Virus record (IMG/VR): IMGVR_UViG_3300020577_011595
Coordinates: 18,496 to 82,495 of that record
From: a virus
Lineage: Duplodnaviria > Caudoviricetes
Length of the DNA stretch: 64,000 bases
Reading direction: 5' to 3' (one strand)
Position 1 is the stretch's first letter, and the number at the start of each line of letters is the position of its first letter. This document shows positions 28,106-36,605 of this stretch, piece by piece. The notes beneath the pieces were generated by a model. The model had not been told where the DNA came from. It worked only from the letters and a program-made list of their open reading frames with translations, and searched no databases. The position numbers and the translations under genes were made by a program.

Positions 28106-29101
28106 TCAGCGGTAGGAGAGGGCGGTCTGCGCCTCCCCCGGGTTGGTCGCGAGGAAGCGGTGGACGGCGTCGAGCGCCGAGGCCGGGAGGTGGCCGCCCG
28201 ACTCGTAGATCGAGGCGATGTCGGTCGCGCGCTGGCCCCCGATGGTGCCCCACCGCTCGCCCTTCTCGAGGCCCATGTAGCTGAGCGTGCTCACCACCTG
28301 GGACTTCGTGAGGGTCGGCGCCTGCCCGCGACCCGGACCGCCGGCCTCGCCGGGCATACCCTTGTGGAGCGGGCGCGCCGTGCCGGTCAGGCCGCGCTGC
28401 GGGCGGGGCGTGCTCTCCAGCATGCCCAGGCGCGCGCCCAGGGCCGCGATCACGGCCTGCTGGGACTTCACGAGCTGGCCGGTCGCGACCGCCGCGACCG
28501 TGATCTTGTGGAGCAGCGCGTCCGTCCGGTCGCTCCGCGCCTCCATCGACTTCGCGAGGCCGTCGAGCAGCTCGGCGTGCGCGGTCGCGAAGTCGGCCAT
28601 GAAGGGCGAGACGTCCATCGCGTCGGCGATCGACTGCTCGCCGCGCTCGTTCACGTAGTCGCGCAGGGCGTCGAGGGACTTGCCCATCTTGCCCTTGCCG
28701 CCCGTGGGGCGGACGCGCGGGTTGGGGGCCACGCCGCCCTCCGTCGAGGCCGGCTTGCCGAACTTGCCGGCCAGCTCGGGGACCTCTCCGTCGCCCTCGC
28801 CCTCGTCGCCGTCCGGCTCCTCCTCGTCCTCGCTCTGCTTGCCCCGCATGAACGCGGCGATGTCGCCCGCCCCGAAGCCGGCGTCGATGAGGCTCTGCGT
28901 CATCTTGCCGATCATCATCGAGTCGAGCCCGCCGACGTCGCCCTGCTCGGGGTAGCCGCCCGAGGTCGAGCCCCGCTCGTCGGTGTGCCCGCCGGTCTCG
29001 ACGGCCACGCCGCCGAGCGCCTTCGAGAGGTCCGCAGCGCGCACCAGCTCGTTGAGGGTCTCGTCGATCCCCTCGATCGTCGTCTCGTTGTCCTTCGCCA
29101 T
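28106..29101 (-). CDS. Scaffold-like protein between protease and capsid
   Basis: Start ATG 29101 (AAGGAG). Acidic patches and coiled coil, in the canonical position. Confidence 0.65.
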   Translation of the reverse strand: MAKDNETTIEGIDETLNELVRAADLSKALGGVAVETGGHTDERGSTSGGYPEQGDVGGLDSMMIGKMTQSLIDAGFGAGDIAAFMRGKQSEDEEEPDGDEGEGDGEVPELAGKFGKPASTEGGVAPNPRVRPTGGKGKMGKSLDALRDYVNERGEQSIADAMDVSPFMADFATAHAELLDGLAKSMEARSDRTDALLHKITVAAVATGQLVKSQQAVIAALGARLGMLESTPRPQRGLTGTARPLHKGMPGEAGGPGRGQAPTLTKSQVVSTLSYMGLEKGERWGTIGGQRATDIASIYESGGHLPASALDAVHRFLATNPGEAQTALSYR

Positions 29102-29112
29102 GGATCTCTCCT

Positions 29113-29862
29113 TCACTCCGGCGGCGCCGGATGGTGCTTGCATGCGTAGCTGGCGATGCGCTCGGCCATCGCCTTCGTGAGCTGGGGGTTGCGAGACATC
29201 AGGAAGAGCACCGCTTCGCTCTTCGTGAGCTTCTTGCGCTTCTTCTTGGGCTGCTCCGGCTCCGGGCGAGCCGGGGCAAGCCCCTCGAGCGCCTGCACCC
29301 GCATCGGCCCGGCGTCGCCGGGCGAGCCGCCCGCCGTGGAGCCGGACCCGACCGAGAGGCTCTTTGCCAGGGTCGAGAGGTTCGTGCGGTCGTTCACCGG
29401 GCAGCGGGTGATCGCGACCTCCCGAACGATGGCCTTGCGAACGCGCCGGGGGTCCGCGGGGTCGCGATCGATGATGGAGCCCTCGACCGAGAAGCCGAGG
29501 CGACGGGGCGCGCCCGACCGCTCCAGAGCGGTCGCCAGGTTCCAGATTTCGTCCGCGGGAGGGTGGCCCTTGAGCAGGTAGCCCTCGACGTACCAGCCGC
29601 GGCGACCGTCGGGGAGCGTGCGCAGCTCCGCGCGCTCGGGGTAGCCGACCGCCTTGCCCGTCTCCTTGAGGTGGTTGTCGTTGAAGAACCCGCTCTTGAG
29701 GAAGGGTGAGAAGTCGAGCCCTTCCTGCACGAGCACCTCGTGCTGCTTGTCGAGGTGGTCGGTCGACACGATGCCCGCGATGCGCCGCTCGCGACCGGGC
29801 TCCGCCGAGGCCTTCTCGAAGGTCTCGAACTCGAACTCGAAGTTGAACGGGGTGCCGTGCAT
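29113..29862 (-). CDS. Prohead maturation protease (HK97-like serine protease)
   Basis: IAGIVSTDHLDKQHEVLVQEGLDF...FNDNH (His), GWYVEGYL, and LGFSVEG (catalytic Ser). Confidence 0.9.
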   Translation of the reverse strand: MHGTPFNFEFEFETFEKASAEPGRERRIAGIVSTDHLDKQHEVLVQEGLDFSPFLKSGFFNDNHLKETGKAVGYPERAELRTLPDGRRGWYVEGYLLKGHPPADEIWNLATALERSGAPRRLGFSVEGSIIDRDPADPRRVRKAIVREVAITRCPVNDRTNLSTLAKSLSVGSGSTAGGSPGDAGPMRVQALEGLAPARPEPEQPKKKRKKLTKSEAVLFLMSRNPQLTKAMAERIASYACKHHPAPPE

Positions 29863-29873
29863 GGTGGGTCCCG

Positions 29874-29911
29874 AAACGAAGAAAGGCGGCGCCCCTTTCG
29901 GGGAACCGCCT
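29874..29911 (-). terminator. Terminator/attenuator hairpin just upstream of the protease start
   Basis: AGGCGG-TT-CCCC-GAAA-GGGG-CG-CCGCCT followed by TTCTTCGTTT, ending 11 nt before the ATG. Confidence 0.7.
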
Positions 29912-29971
29912 CTCTGCCGCGCACGCGCGGCTAGGCCACGAGGGGGATATGACCCGAGCTGGCTCCGTTCG

Positions 29972-30184
29972 TCAAGCGCGAGGCACAACGGGTCGGGGCG
30001 CCTCCGCCTTCCGGGGCTCCTGGGAAGGCACGAGCGTGCCGATGATCACGCCCCGCTTGCAGGTCGGACAGTTGACCTCGGCCTCCCCCGACTTGTGGAG
30101 CACGAGCATGCTCGTCGAGGCCTTGCGCTTGCCGCCCGCGCCGTCGCGAAACAAGGGCTGGCCGCAGTGAGGGCACGCGCTCAT
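29972..30184 (-). CDS. Small zinc-finger protein, Mu Com-like
   Basis: Start ATG 30184. CPHCGQPLFR...AEVNCPTCK follows the Com-family CxxC-LL/LF...E.kCP.C pattern. Confidence 0.6.
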   Translation of the reverse strand: MSACPHCGQPLFRDGAGGKRKASTSMLVLHKSGEAEVNCPTCKRGVIIGTLVPSQEPRKAEAPRPVVPRA

Positions 30185-32100
30185 CGGAGGCTCTTCTTCG
30201 CGGGCTCGCTCGTGCGGCCCGCGCGGAGCCACGCCTTGAACCGCTGGATGGGCCACGAGCGCACCGTTCCGAGCAGACGGGGTCCCTTCGCGTCGTAGTT
30301 GCGGAGGTAGGCCGCGCGCGCCTCGGCGATCGTGCGGAACCCGAGCATGACCTTGTGCTCGTCGAACCCGCCGCCCTCGAGCTTCTTCTGGTTCACGATG
30401 AACACGCGCTCCGAGTCGCGATGCGGCCCGACGAAGACGTCGATGTCCTCGCCGTCGGCGCCCTTGGTGCCCTCGATGAACCCGTAGGGGTGCACCATCG
30501 TGGTCTCACCGTGCTCGCGCTTCTGCGGGTCGTACCAGCGGCGGACCGATCCCTTCGGGTTCTCGATCGCGACGTCGAGGCCCTGCACCACGAGGCGGTC
30601 CTTCACGGGGAGGTTCTTGATCAGCGACGCCACGCCGATCGGTCTGAAGATCAGGGACTTCTTCGTCTCCCACGGGGGCAGCTCGAACCCGAGCTTCTCC
30701 TCCGCGTTCGTCTCCCACTCCGCCAGATCGCCTCGGATGGTCGGAGACTTCGACGTGCGAAGCGCCGTCTCACGCATCTTCACGAGCTTCGCCTTCGCCT
30801 CCTCGATCTTCCCTTCCTTGGCGAGCCGCTGCGCGACGGAGAACCCGCCATCCCAGAAGAGCTGGTCGCTGCTCCGCTTCTTCTCCTCGCCGGGCATCTT
30901 GACGCCGTGCTGCTGGTAGAGCGCGCGCAGCCGCATGATGTCCTCACGGCGCTCGTCGAAGATCCCCTCGCTCTTCGCGGGGGCCGCCTTGCCGATGTCG
31001 TAGAGCACCACCTTGCCGGCCTTGTCGAGGCCCACCTGCACGTCGTCGTTGAGCGCGTAGCCCTTCTCGTGCATCGCGAGCAGCGCCGTGCGCGCGTCAT
31101 CGAGCTGCGCCTGCGTGAGCTTGCTCGGGATCTCGACGTAGGGCTTGATCTGGAAGCCCTTGTCGCCGTGGTGGACGTACTCGCTCCGCAGCATGCCGGG
31201 CACGCCCGCGCTCGCGAGCTTGTTGCCGACCTCGACCTGCTTGCGCAGCATCTCGTTCGCGTCGCGCGGAGATCGGTGCCCCGGGTTGAACGGCTGGTAG
31301 GGGACGGTCGTCGAGACCTTCACGACCTTGTCGCCCACGCGGAACGCGATCCCGTCGTCGCCCTTGCCGAGCAGCTTCGCCTTGCCGGAGATCACGGCGT
31401 CGATGTCCGGCCGACCCGACGCTGGAAGGTCGACGCGGCCCTCGAGATCGTTCTGGAGGTGTCGGAACGACGCCGCGGGCATCTTGGTCCCGTAGCCGCG
31501 CTCCAGCCCTGCCGCGGATGACGCGATGCGCACCGAGCCGTCTGCGTCCTGCGCAGCGTGCACCTCGAGCGGGTGGGCCTTCTCGCTGCCTGCGATGGCG
31601 GGGTGGACCTCGATCACGTGCTTCCCCTCGATCTTCTGCGGCGGGGGAGGCGGCGCCTGGCGCGCGTCGAAGAGGCTCGCCTGCTGCGGCGCCCGGGGCG
31701 CCTGCTTGGGGGTGTGCGAGAGCAGGTCGAGCTGCTGCGGCTTCTTCGCGGGCTCGGGCCCCTTGGGCGCTTCGGGCGCCCGCCCGAAGCCCAGGGCGCT
31801 GGCGGTGTGGGGGTCGAGCTTGGAGGGGTCGAGCTTGACCTTGCCGGCCCGGTTGCAGGTCCGGCAAGGGGCGCTGCTCACGACCTCTCCGCCCCCCATG
31901 ATCATCTGCCGGCTGATCACGTGCCGGAGCCCATGGCACACCGAGCACGAGCCGCCCTGAGCCCCCGCCCCCTGCCTCTTGGCCGACGGGTCCTCGTACG
32001 GGATCGTGTGGGCGGCGTCCGCCCACTTCCCGCCGCGCGGACCGTAGAACAGCCCCTTCCGCAGTCGCCCCGCGGTGTGCACGCGCACCGGGCGCCTCAC
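30181..32100 (-). CDS. Polyvalent protein: GPRGG tag + Zn finger + protein-kinase-like domain + inorganic-pyrophosphatase-like (InPase) domain
   Basis: GTG start overlapping TGA 32097. Kinase motifs LLGKGDDGIAF, KVVKV and VVLYDIG. InPase motifs IENPKGS..YGFIEGTKGADGEDIDVFVG..DEHKVMLGF. Confidence 0.8.
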   Translation of the reverse strand: MRRPVRVHTAGRLRKGLFYGPRGGKWADAAHTIPYEDPSAKRQGAGAQGGSCSVCHGLRHVISRQMIMGGGEVVSSAPCRTCNRAGKVKLDPSKLDPHTASALGFGRAPEAPKGPEPAKKPQQLDLLSHTPKQAPRAPQQASLFDARQAPPPPPQKIEGKHVIEVHPAIAGSEKAHPLEVHAAQDADGSVRIASSAAGLERGYGTKMPAASFRHLQNDLEGRVDLPASGRPDIDAVISGKAKLLGKGDDGIAFRVGDKVVKVSTTVPYQPFNPGHRSPRDANEMLRKQVEVGNKLASAGVPGMLRSEYVHHGDKGFQIKPYVEIPSKLTQAQLDDARTALLAMHEKGYALNDDVQVGLDKAGKVVLYDIGKAAPAKSEGIFDERREDIMRLRALYQQHGVKMPGEEKKRSSDQLFWDGGFSVAQRLAKEGKIEEAKAKLVKMRETALRTSKSPTIRGDLAEWETNAEEKLGFELPPWETKKSLIFRPIGVASLIKNLPVKDRLVVQGLDVAIENPKGSVRRWYDPQKREHGETTMVHPYGFIEGTKGADGEDIDVFVGPHRDSERVFIVNQKKLEGGGFDEHKVMLGFRTIAEARAAYLRNYDAKGPRLLGTVRSWPIQRFKAWLRAGRTSEPAKKSLR

Positions 32101-32297
32101 GTGCGGGTCCTGTCGTGGAGCTGCGTCAGCGCCCGGTTGAGGCTCTCCTGCGTCGGCGCCGTCGTTGGCTTCTGCGCCTTCGGAGCGGCCGCGGGGCAGG
32201 GCTCGACCGCGGCTTGCGACGACGCGGCGCAAGCGCACTGCCGGCATGCCTCGGCGCGATAGTCCCATCGGTGCGTCCCGTGCGCGATCCTCATCAT
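32097..32297 (-). CDS. Small Cys-rich hypothetical protein (66 aa)
   Basis: ATGA overlap upstream and GTGA overlap downstream. Sequence HRWDYRAEACRQCAC. Confidence 0.5.
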   Translation of the reverse strand: MMRIAHGTHRWDYRAEACRQCACAASSQAAVEPCPAAAPKAQKPTTAPTQESLNRALTQLHDRTRT

Positions 32298-34042
32298 GGC
32301 GTCCTCGCACCCTCGTAGGCCCGGTGAACGAACGCGAACTGCCGAGGGAACCCAAGCATGAGCCTGTCCCGCTCGAAGAGGTACATCCGCGTCACCTCGG
32401 CTGCGTTCTCGATCGGGAGCTTCTTCGCGTACGGCGAGACCCAGCCCTCGCGCTGCGACACGGCCCACAGGCGGTCGTGCCACTTCCGCACCGGCTCCGG
32501 GCCGCCGAGCACCCGCATGAGGTAGACGTTCAGCGCGTGCCCCAGCTCGTGCCGGATGACGCGGGGCCACCGCTCGATCGGGAGCGCGGGGTTCACGCGG
32601 ATCTCGTTCGCCGTCCAATAGGCGTAGTCGTGCTCCTCGAGCGGGTTCTGCGCGCGCGGGTGGTCCGTCGTGATCAACGTGACCCCCGTGTCCTTGCGGA
32701 AGAGCCACGGCGGCGCCTCGGCGACGATGCTCTCGACGACCTGCCGCTGCATCGGGTCTCCGATGCGCACGACGACGCCCTGCTCGGGCACGACGGCCCG
32801 ATGCGTGAGGTGTGGGCCTTCGGCCTTGCGGAGCGCCTCGTGGGCGAGCGCGAGGCGGTCGCTCTTCCGCAGCATGACCTCGGGCATCATCTCGCCCGTC
32901 TCGGGATCGAAGGTCCAGCCCTCGGGGACCTCGACCAGCTCGCAGGCGCACCACGGGTGCACGGGGCCGACGGTGGGCTTCCACGCCGTGCGCTTCACGC
33001 CGACGTTCGTCCCGTTCGCCGTCAGCTCGGAGAGCCGGAACACCTTGGGAGGCGACCCCGGGCCCGCGGTGAGGTGGAGCCGGATGCAGTCGGGGCACGC
33101 GGTCGGCGACGGGAGCTTCGCCACGCGGATGTCCTTCGGGTTGCGGCCCTTCGCCATCCCGCGCGCGAGGCCTTCCTGCATCGCGAACTGCTGCTCGGTC
33201 GCCGCGAGCCGCTGCATGTCCCGGGACCAGTCCTCGGTCGCGTGCCCGATGTCGCTCGCCAGCTCACGCCACGCGCCCTGCCGATCGATCGAGTCTTCCA
33301 GCTCACGCTGGATGGTGCCCATGTACCTCCGCCGCTGCTCGGCGTCCGCGTCGAGCACGAGCGCGCCGATCTCCAGCGCGAGTCGATCGCCCATGCCGCG
33401 CACGTACTGCCCCGCGTGGTAGCGGGCGGCGCCCATCGCCTGCTTGTCGACCTCGGTGAGGCTCTCGCGCGTGCGGTCGAGGTGGGCGACGAAGTCGTCG
33501 ATGGTCTGGTCCTCGTGCGTGCGGCGGCCCTTGGGATCCGCCGTCGCGCGGCCGTACTGGTAGGCGTAGTCGAGCAAGCGCAGGGCCGGGGGCCCTGCCT
33601 TCCCCGCTTCTCCCGACGCGAAGATCGTCGAGAGGTCCGACGGCGTGATCCCCAGGCTCAAGAGCCGCTGTAGGTCCTCTCCGGGGATCGCGTCGGGGCC
33701 CAGCACACCGACCGCGAACGCCGCGTGATGATCGCGCACGATGGCCTTGAGCGCCTCGAGCTGCGCGGGCGTGAGCAGCGCGAGCTTCCGCTGTGCGGCA
33801 CTCGCGCGGGCGGAGTCGGGCGCCGAAGCGAAGCCCACCATGTCCGGCCACGAGACCTCGTCGACGAAGCCGTTGGACTTGCGGAGCTTGCCCCCGAGCA
33901 CCTCCTTCGCGATGTAGCGAAGCAGCTCCGCGAAGATCCGATCCACGAGCGCGTCGTAGGCCTTCCCCACGCGCTCGTGGAGCTGGCGCATCGCCCGGGA
34001 TCGGATCTTCTCCGGCTGGTGCTCGTGGTCGGGCGCGCGCAT
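32294..34042 (-). CDS. MuF/SPP1 gp7-like head morphogenesis protein with C-terminal zincin metallopeptidase
   Basis: MuF-type ACPDC...GPVHPWCACEL. C-terminal RHELGH...WVSPYA...ENAAE (HExxH plus distal Glu). Confidence 0.82.
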   Translation of the reverse strand: MRAPDHEHQPEKIRSRAMRQLHERVGKAYDALVDRIFAELLRYIAKEVLGGKLRKSNGFVDEVSWPDMVGFASAPDSARASAAQRKLALLTPAQLEALKAIVRDHHAAFAVGVLGPDAIPGEDLQRLLSLGITPSDLSTIFASGEAGKAGPPALRLLDYAYQYGRATADPKGRRTHEDQTIDDFVAHLDRTRESLTEVDKQAMGAARYHAGQYVRGMGDRLALEIGALVLDADAEQRRRYMGTIQRELEDSIDRQGAWRELASDIGHATEDWSRDMQRLAATEQQFAMQEGLARGMAKGRNPKDIRVAKLPSPTACPDCIRLHLTAGPGSPPKVFRLSELTANGTNVGVKRTAWKPTVGPVHPWCACELVEVPEGWTFDPETGEMMPEVMLRKSDRLALAHEALRKAEGPHLTHRAVVPEQGVVVRIGDPMQRQVVESIVAEAPPWLFRKDTGVTLITTDHPRAQNPLEEHDYAYWTANEIRVNPALPIERWPRVIRHELGHALNVYLMRVLGGPEPVRKWHDRLWAVSQREGWVSPYAKKLPIENAAEVTRMYLFERDRLMLGFPRQFAFVHRAYEGARTP

Positions 34043-34054
34043 GGCTCCGCCAGG

Positions 34055-34849
34055 CTAGCAGCCCGTCGGAGGATCGGTCACGAGGTCGCCGAGCACCGCG
34101 TAGGTGACGACGACGTCGTTCTCGTCGTCGAGGTTCTCCAGCGTGAGCGCCGAGCAGCTCAGGGACGCGAGCAGGAACGCGCGCACGTCCTCGGCGCCGT
34201 CCGAGCCGCTCGTGTCCGCGGGGACGAGCAGCGTGATCGGGGTCTGCCCCGCACCCGCGTCGGTGCCGTTCGTCGTGCCCGTCGAGAGGCCCAGCGCGGT
34301 GAGCACGCCCGCGTCGGTGTCCGTGTCGATCACGATGCTGGCCGCCAGCCCGGACGTCGGGCTCAGAAGCCGAAGCTGCGAGCCGCCGTTCGTTCGCGCG
34401 ATCGTCGTGGGCACACCGCCCGCGCCCGCGATGCCTGCGAGCGCGGCTGCCGCGTTGATCCGGTTGATCACGGCCGCGAGCGACTGGTCCGCGGAGGTGA
34501 ACGCCACGGTGACCGCGGTCCCCGTGATCTCCAGCACCAGCTCCTCGCCGCCCACGAACCCGGTGGGGTACGAGCCGCCGACTCCCGTGACGATCGCCTG
34601 CGTCGCGCTCGTGCCGCCGGGCGTGAGCCGGATCGGGCCGGTGGCCTCGAAGTAGACGATGCGCGCCGCGGACACGTCGCCGAAGGGCACCGCGAAGTTG
34701 GTCTCCGAGGCCTCGAGCGTGATCGTCCCGCCCTCGGCGTGCTCCAGGGTGTCGAGGAGCTGCTGGAGCGCGCCCTCGAACACGGGCTTGCTCAGGTTGT
34801 TCTCGCGCCCGACCTCCAGGGTCAGGTCCACGTTCACGCGTACGCCCAT
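34055..34849 (-). CDS. Putative virion structural protein
   Basis: Start ATG 34849. Thr/Gly/Ala beta-rich, with LAAVINRINAAA and LTALGLSTG repeats of the kind seen in sheath insertion domains. Confidence 0.55.
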   Translation of the reverse strand: MGVRVNVDLTLEVGRENNLSKPVFEGALQQLLDTLEHAEGGTITLEASETNFAVPFGDVSAARIVYFEATGPIRLTPGGTSATQAIVTGVGGSYPTGFVGGEELVLEITGTAVTVAFTSADQSLAAVINRINAAAALAGIAGAGGVPTTIARTNGGSQLRLLSPTSGLAASIVIDTDTDAGVLTALGLSTGTTNGTDAGAGQTPITLLVPADTSGSDGAEDVRAFLLASLSCSALTLENLDDENDVVVTYAVLGDLVTDPPTGC

Positions 34850-34851
34850 CG

Positions 34852-36591
34852 TCAGCCTCCTCCTCGCGGGAGCCAGAGATCGATCGCTGCGCGCCTGCCC
34901 TGGCTCTTCTCGAGGCGGTCGCGCTCCCATCGGAGGCTACGCTCCATCGGGCTGCCTGCGTGAAACGGGTGCGCGGGCTCGCCCTGCGACATCTCCGGCC
35001 CGGGCTCGTCGTCCGGCTCGTCGGGGGCCGCGTCCTCGTCGCCCTCGTTCTGCCCGTGCCCGGGGCCGAAGAGGTCGTCGAAGTGATTTTCCCCGTGCGC
35101 GTCGGAGCCGCCACCCATGCCCGCCGTGGCTTCCTGCGCCTGCTGCTGCTGCGCGGAGGCCCACTGAATCCAGTTGGAGTCGAGGATGACGTCGCCGAGC
35201 TGGCCCGGCAGCGGCTCCTCGTTCTCCTCGGCGCGGATCTCGTTGACCGTCTTGAAGGCCTTGACGCGCTCGATCCTCGCCTTCCGCTCTTGCTCCTCGG
35301 CCTTGCTATCGAAGCCCGTGAACGAGAACTCGAAGTCGGGGTTGATGTCCCAGACGATGTGCCGGTTGATCGTCTCGGCGATGTGGTCGAGCAGCGGCCG
35401 CAGCCCCTTGTCCTTGCTCTCCGTGACCTCTTCGGCGTTGGGGCGTGACTGGTTGAGGCTCGAGGACTGCCCGCTGTTGCCGAAGATGAAGTTGATCTCG
35501 ACGGGGTCCGCGCCGTACATCGCGCAGATCAGCTTCGTCACCCAGTCCATCCACTGCCCGTACTCCATCTCACGGTTGTTCGTGTGCATGGAGACCCACT
35601 GGAGGTCCTCGGCGTTCACGATGGGCGTCTTCCACGCGTTCGTGACGCCCGAGATCATCGAGTACCACATGCGCCGGAACGCGCGGAGCTGGCGGTCTGG
35701 GATCGCGCCCTTGATGTTGATCAGCCCCTTGATCGCCGAGCCCTGCGTGAAGAACCGGGTGTTGTACTCGAAGCCGAACAGCCACGCGGTCACGAGCCGG
35801 ATGATCTGCTCGATGGGCGAGAAGCCGAACCCGTTGACGCGCAGATCCGAGCGTGGGTTCTTCACGCTGAACGCCAGCTCGTCGGTGGTGAACTCCGAGA
35901 TCACGGTGTTCTCGTAGACCTGCACGTAGGCGACGCGCGAGCGGAGGTCCTCCGGCTCGAGGTGCTCGATGTCGCTCACCGCGGGGCGAATCGTCTCGCT
36001 CGGGAGCGCGATGAACCGCGAGGGCCGACCGGCGTAGTCGCGGATCTTCTCGAAGCACCACTGGTCGTAGGTGAGGATGTCGCGCACGCCCTTCTTCACG
36101 AAGGTGCGGAACGAGTCGCGGTCGGCGGGCTTCTCGCCGTCCAGAAGCACGGCGGTCGTTTCGAGGAACCGCTCGATGGCCTCGGCCTCGCGCTGCTCGG
36201 CAGGGCTCATGCCCTTCTTCTGGTCGCGTCGATCGCGCAGCACGACGCGGTAGCCGCGGTCGTACTGGCCCTGCTGCGGAACGCAGAAGGCCGCGGCCTG
36301 GTCGACGCGGAGCTGGATGATCGCCGCGATGACCGTGTTCGAGACGCTCATCTGCCGCAGCGTCTCGTAGGTGAGGGAGCTGGGGCGCTGGCGCCAGCCG
36401 CCCCAATCCATGACCGAGTAGGGGTCGTGGAACATCGCCCGAGGCTTCTCGGTCGCGGGCGAGAGCGCATCGGGCATCGCCATGCCGGCCTGCACGAGGG
36501 CAGCCTGCATGGCCTCGGGGGAGACGTCCTCGTCCCCCCCTTCGCCGAGCGCCTTCACGAGCGCGTGGCGCGCTCTGTCGAGCACCGTCAT
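34852..36591 (-). CDS. Portal protein (HK97-family, Twort-like)
   Basis: Start ATG 36591. Motifs GFGFSPIEQ...FEYNTRFFTQGSAIKGLINIKG, GVTNAWKTPIV, and YGADPVEINF. Confidence 0.93.
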   Translation of the reverse strand: MTVLDRARHALVKALGEGGDEDVSPEAMQAALVQAGMAMPDALSPATEKPRAMFHDPYSVMDWGGWRQRPSSLTYETLRQMSVSNTVIAAIIQLRVDQAAAFCVPQQGQYDRGYRVVLRDRRDQKKGMSPAEQREAEAIERFLETTAVLLDGEKPADRDSFRTFVKKGVRDILTYDQWCFEKIRDYAGRPSRFIALPSETIRPAVSDIEHLEPEDLRSRVAYVQVYENTVISEFTTDELAFSVKNPRSDLRVNGFGFSPIEQIIRLVTAWLFGFEYNTRFFTQGSAIKGLINIKGAIPDRQLRAFRRMWYSMISGVTNAWKTPIVNAEDLQWVSMHTNNREMEYGQWMDWVTKLICAMYGADPVEINFIFGNSGQSSSLNQSRPNAEEVTESKDKGLRPLLDHIAETINRHIVWDINPDFEFSFTGFDSKAEEQERKARIERVKAFKTVNEIRAEENEEPLPGQLGDVILDSNWIQWASAQQQQAQEATAGMGGGSDAHGENHFDDLFGPGHGQNEGDEDAAPDEPDDEPGPEMSQGEPAHPFHAGSPMERSLRWERDRLEKSQGRRAAIDLWLPRGGG

Positions 36592-36605
36592 CCGCGCTCC
36601 TTGGT

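Noticed and set aside
29874-29950. tRNA-like hints (GTGGCCTAG, GGTTC) upstream of the protease
   Set aside because: No acceptor stem closure, anticodon arm or TTCRA T-loop. Better explained as an attenuator.
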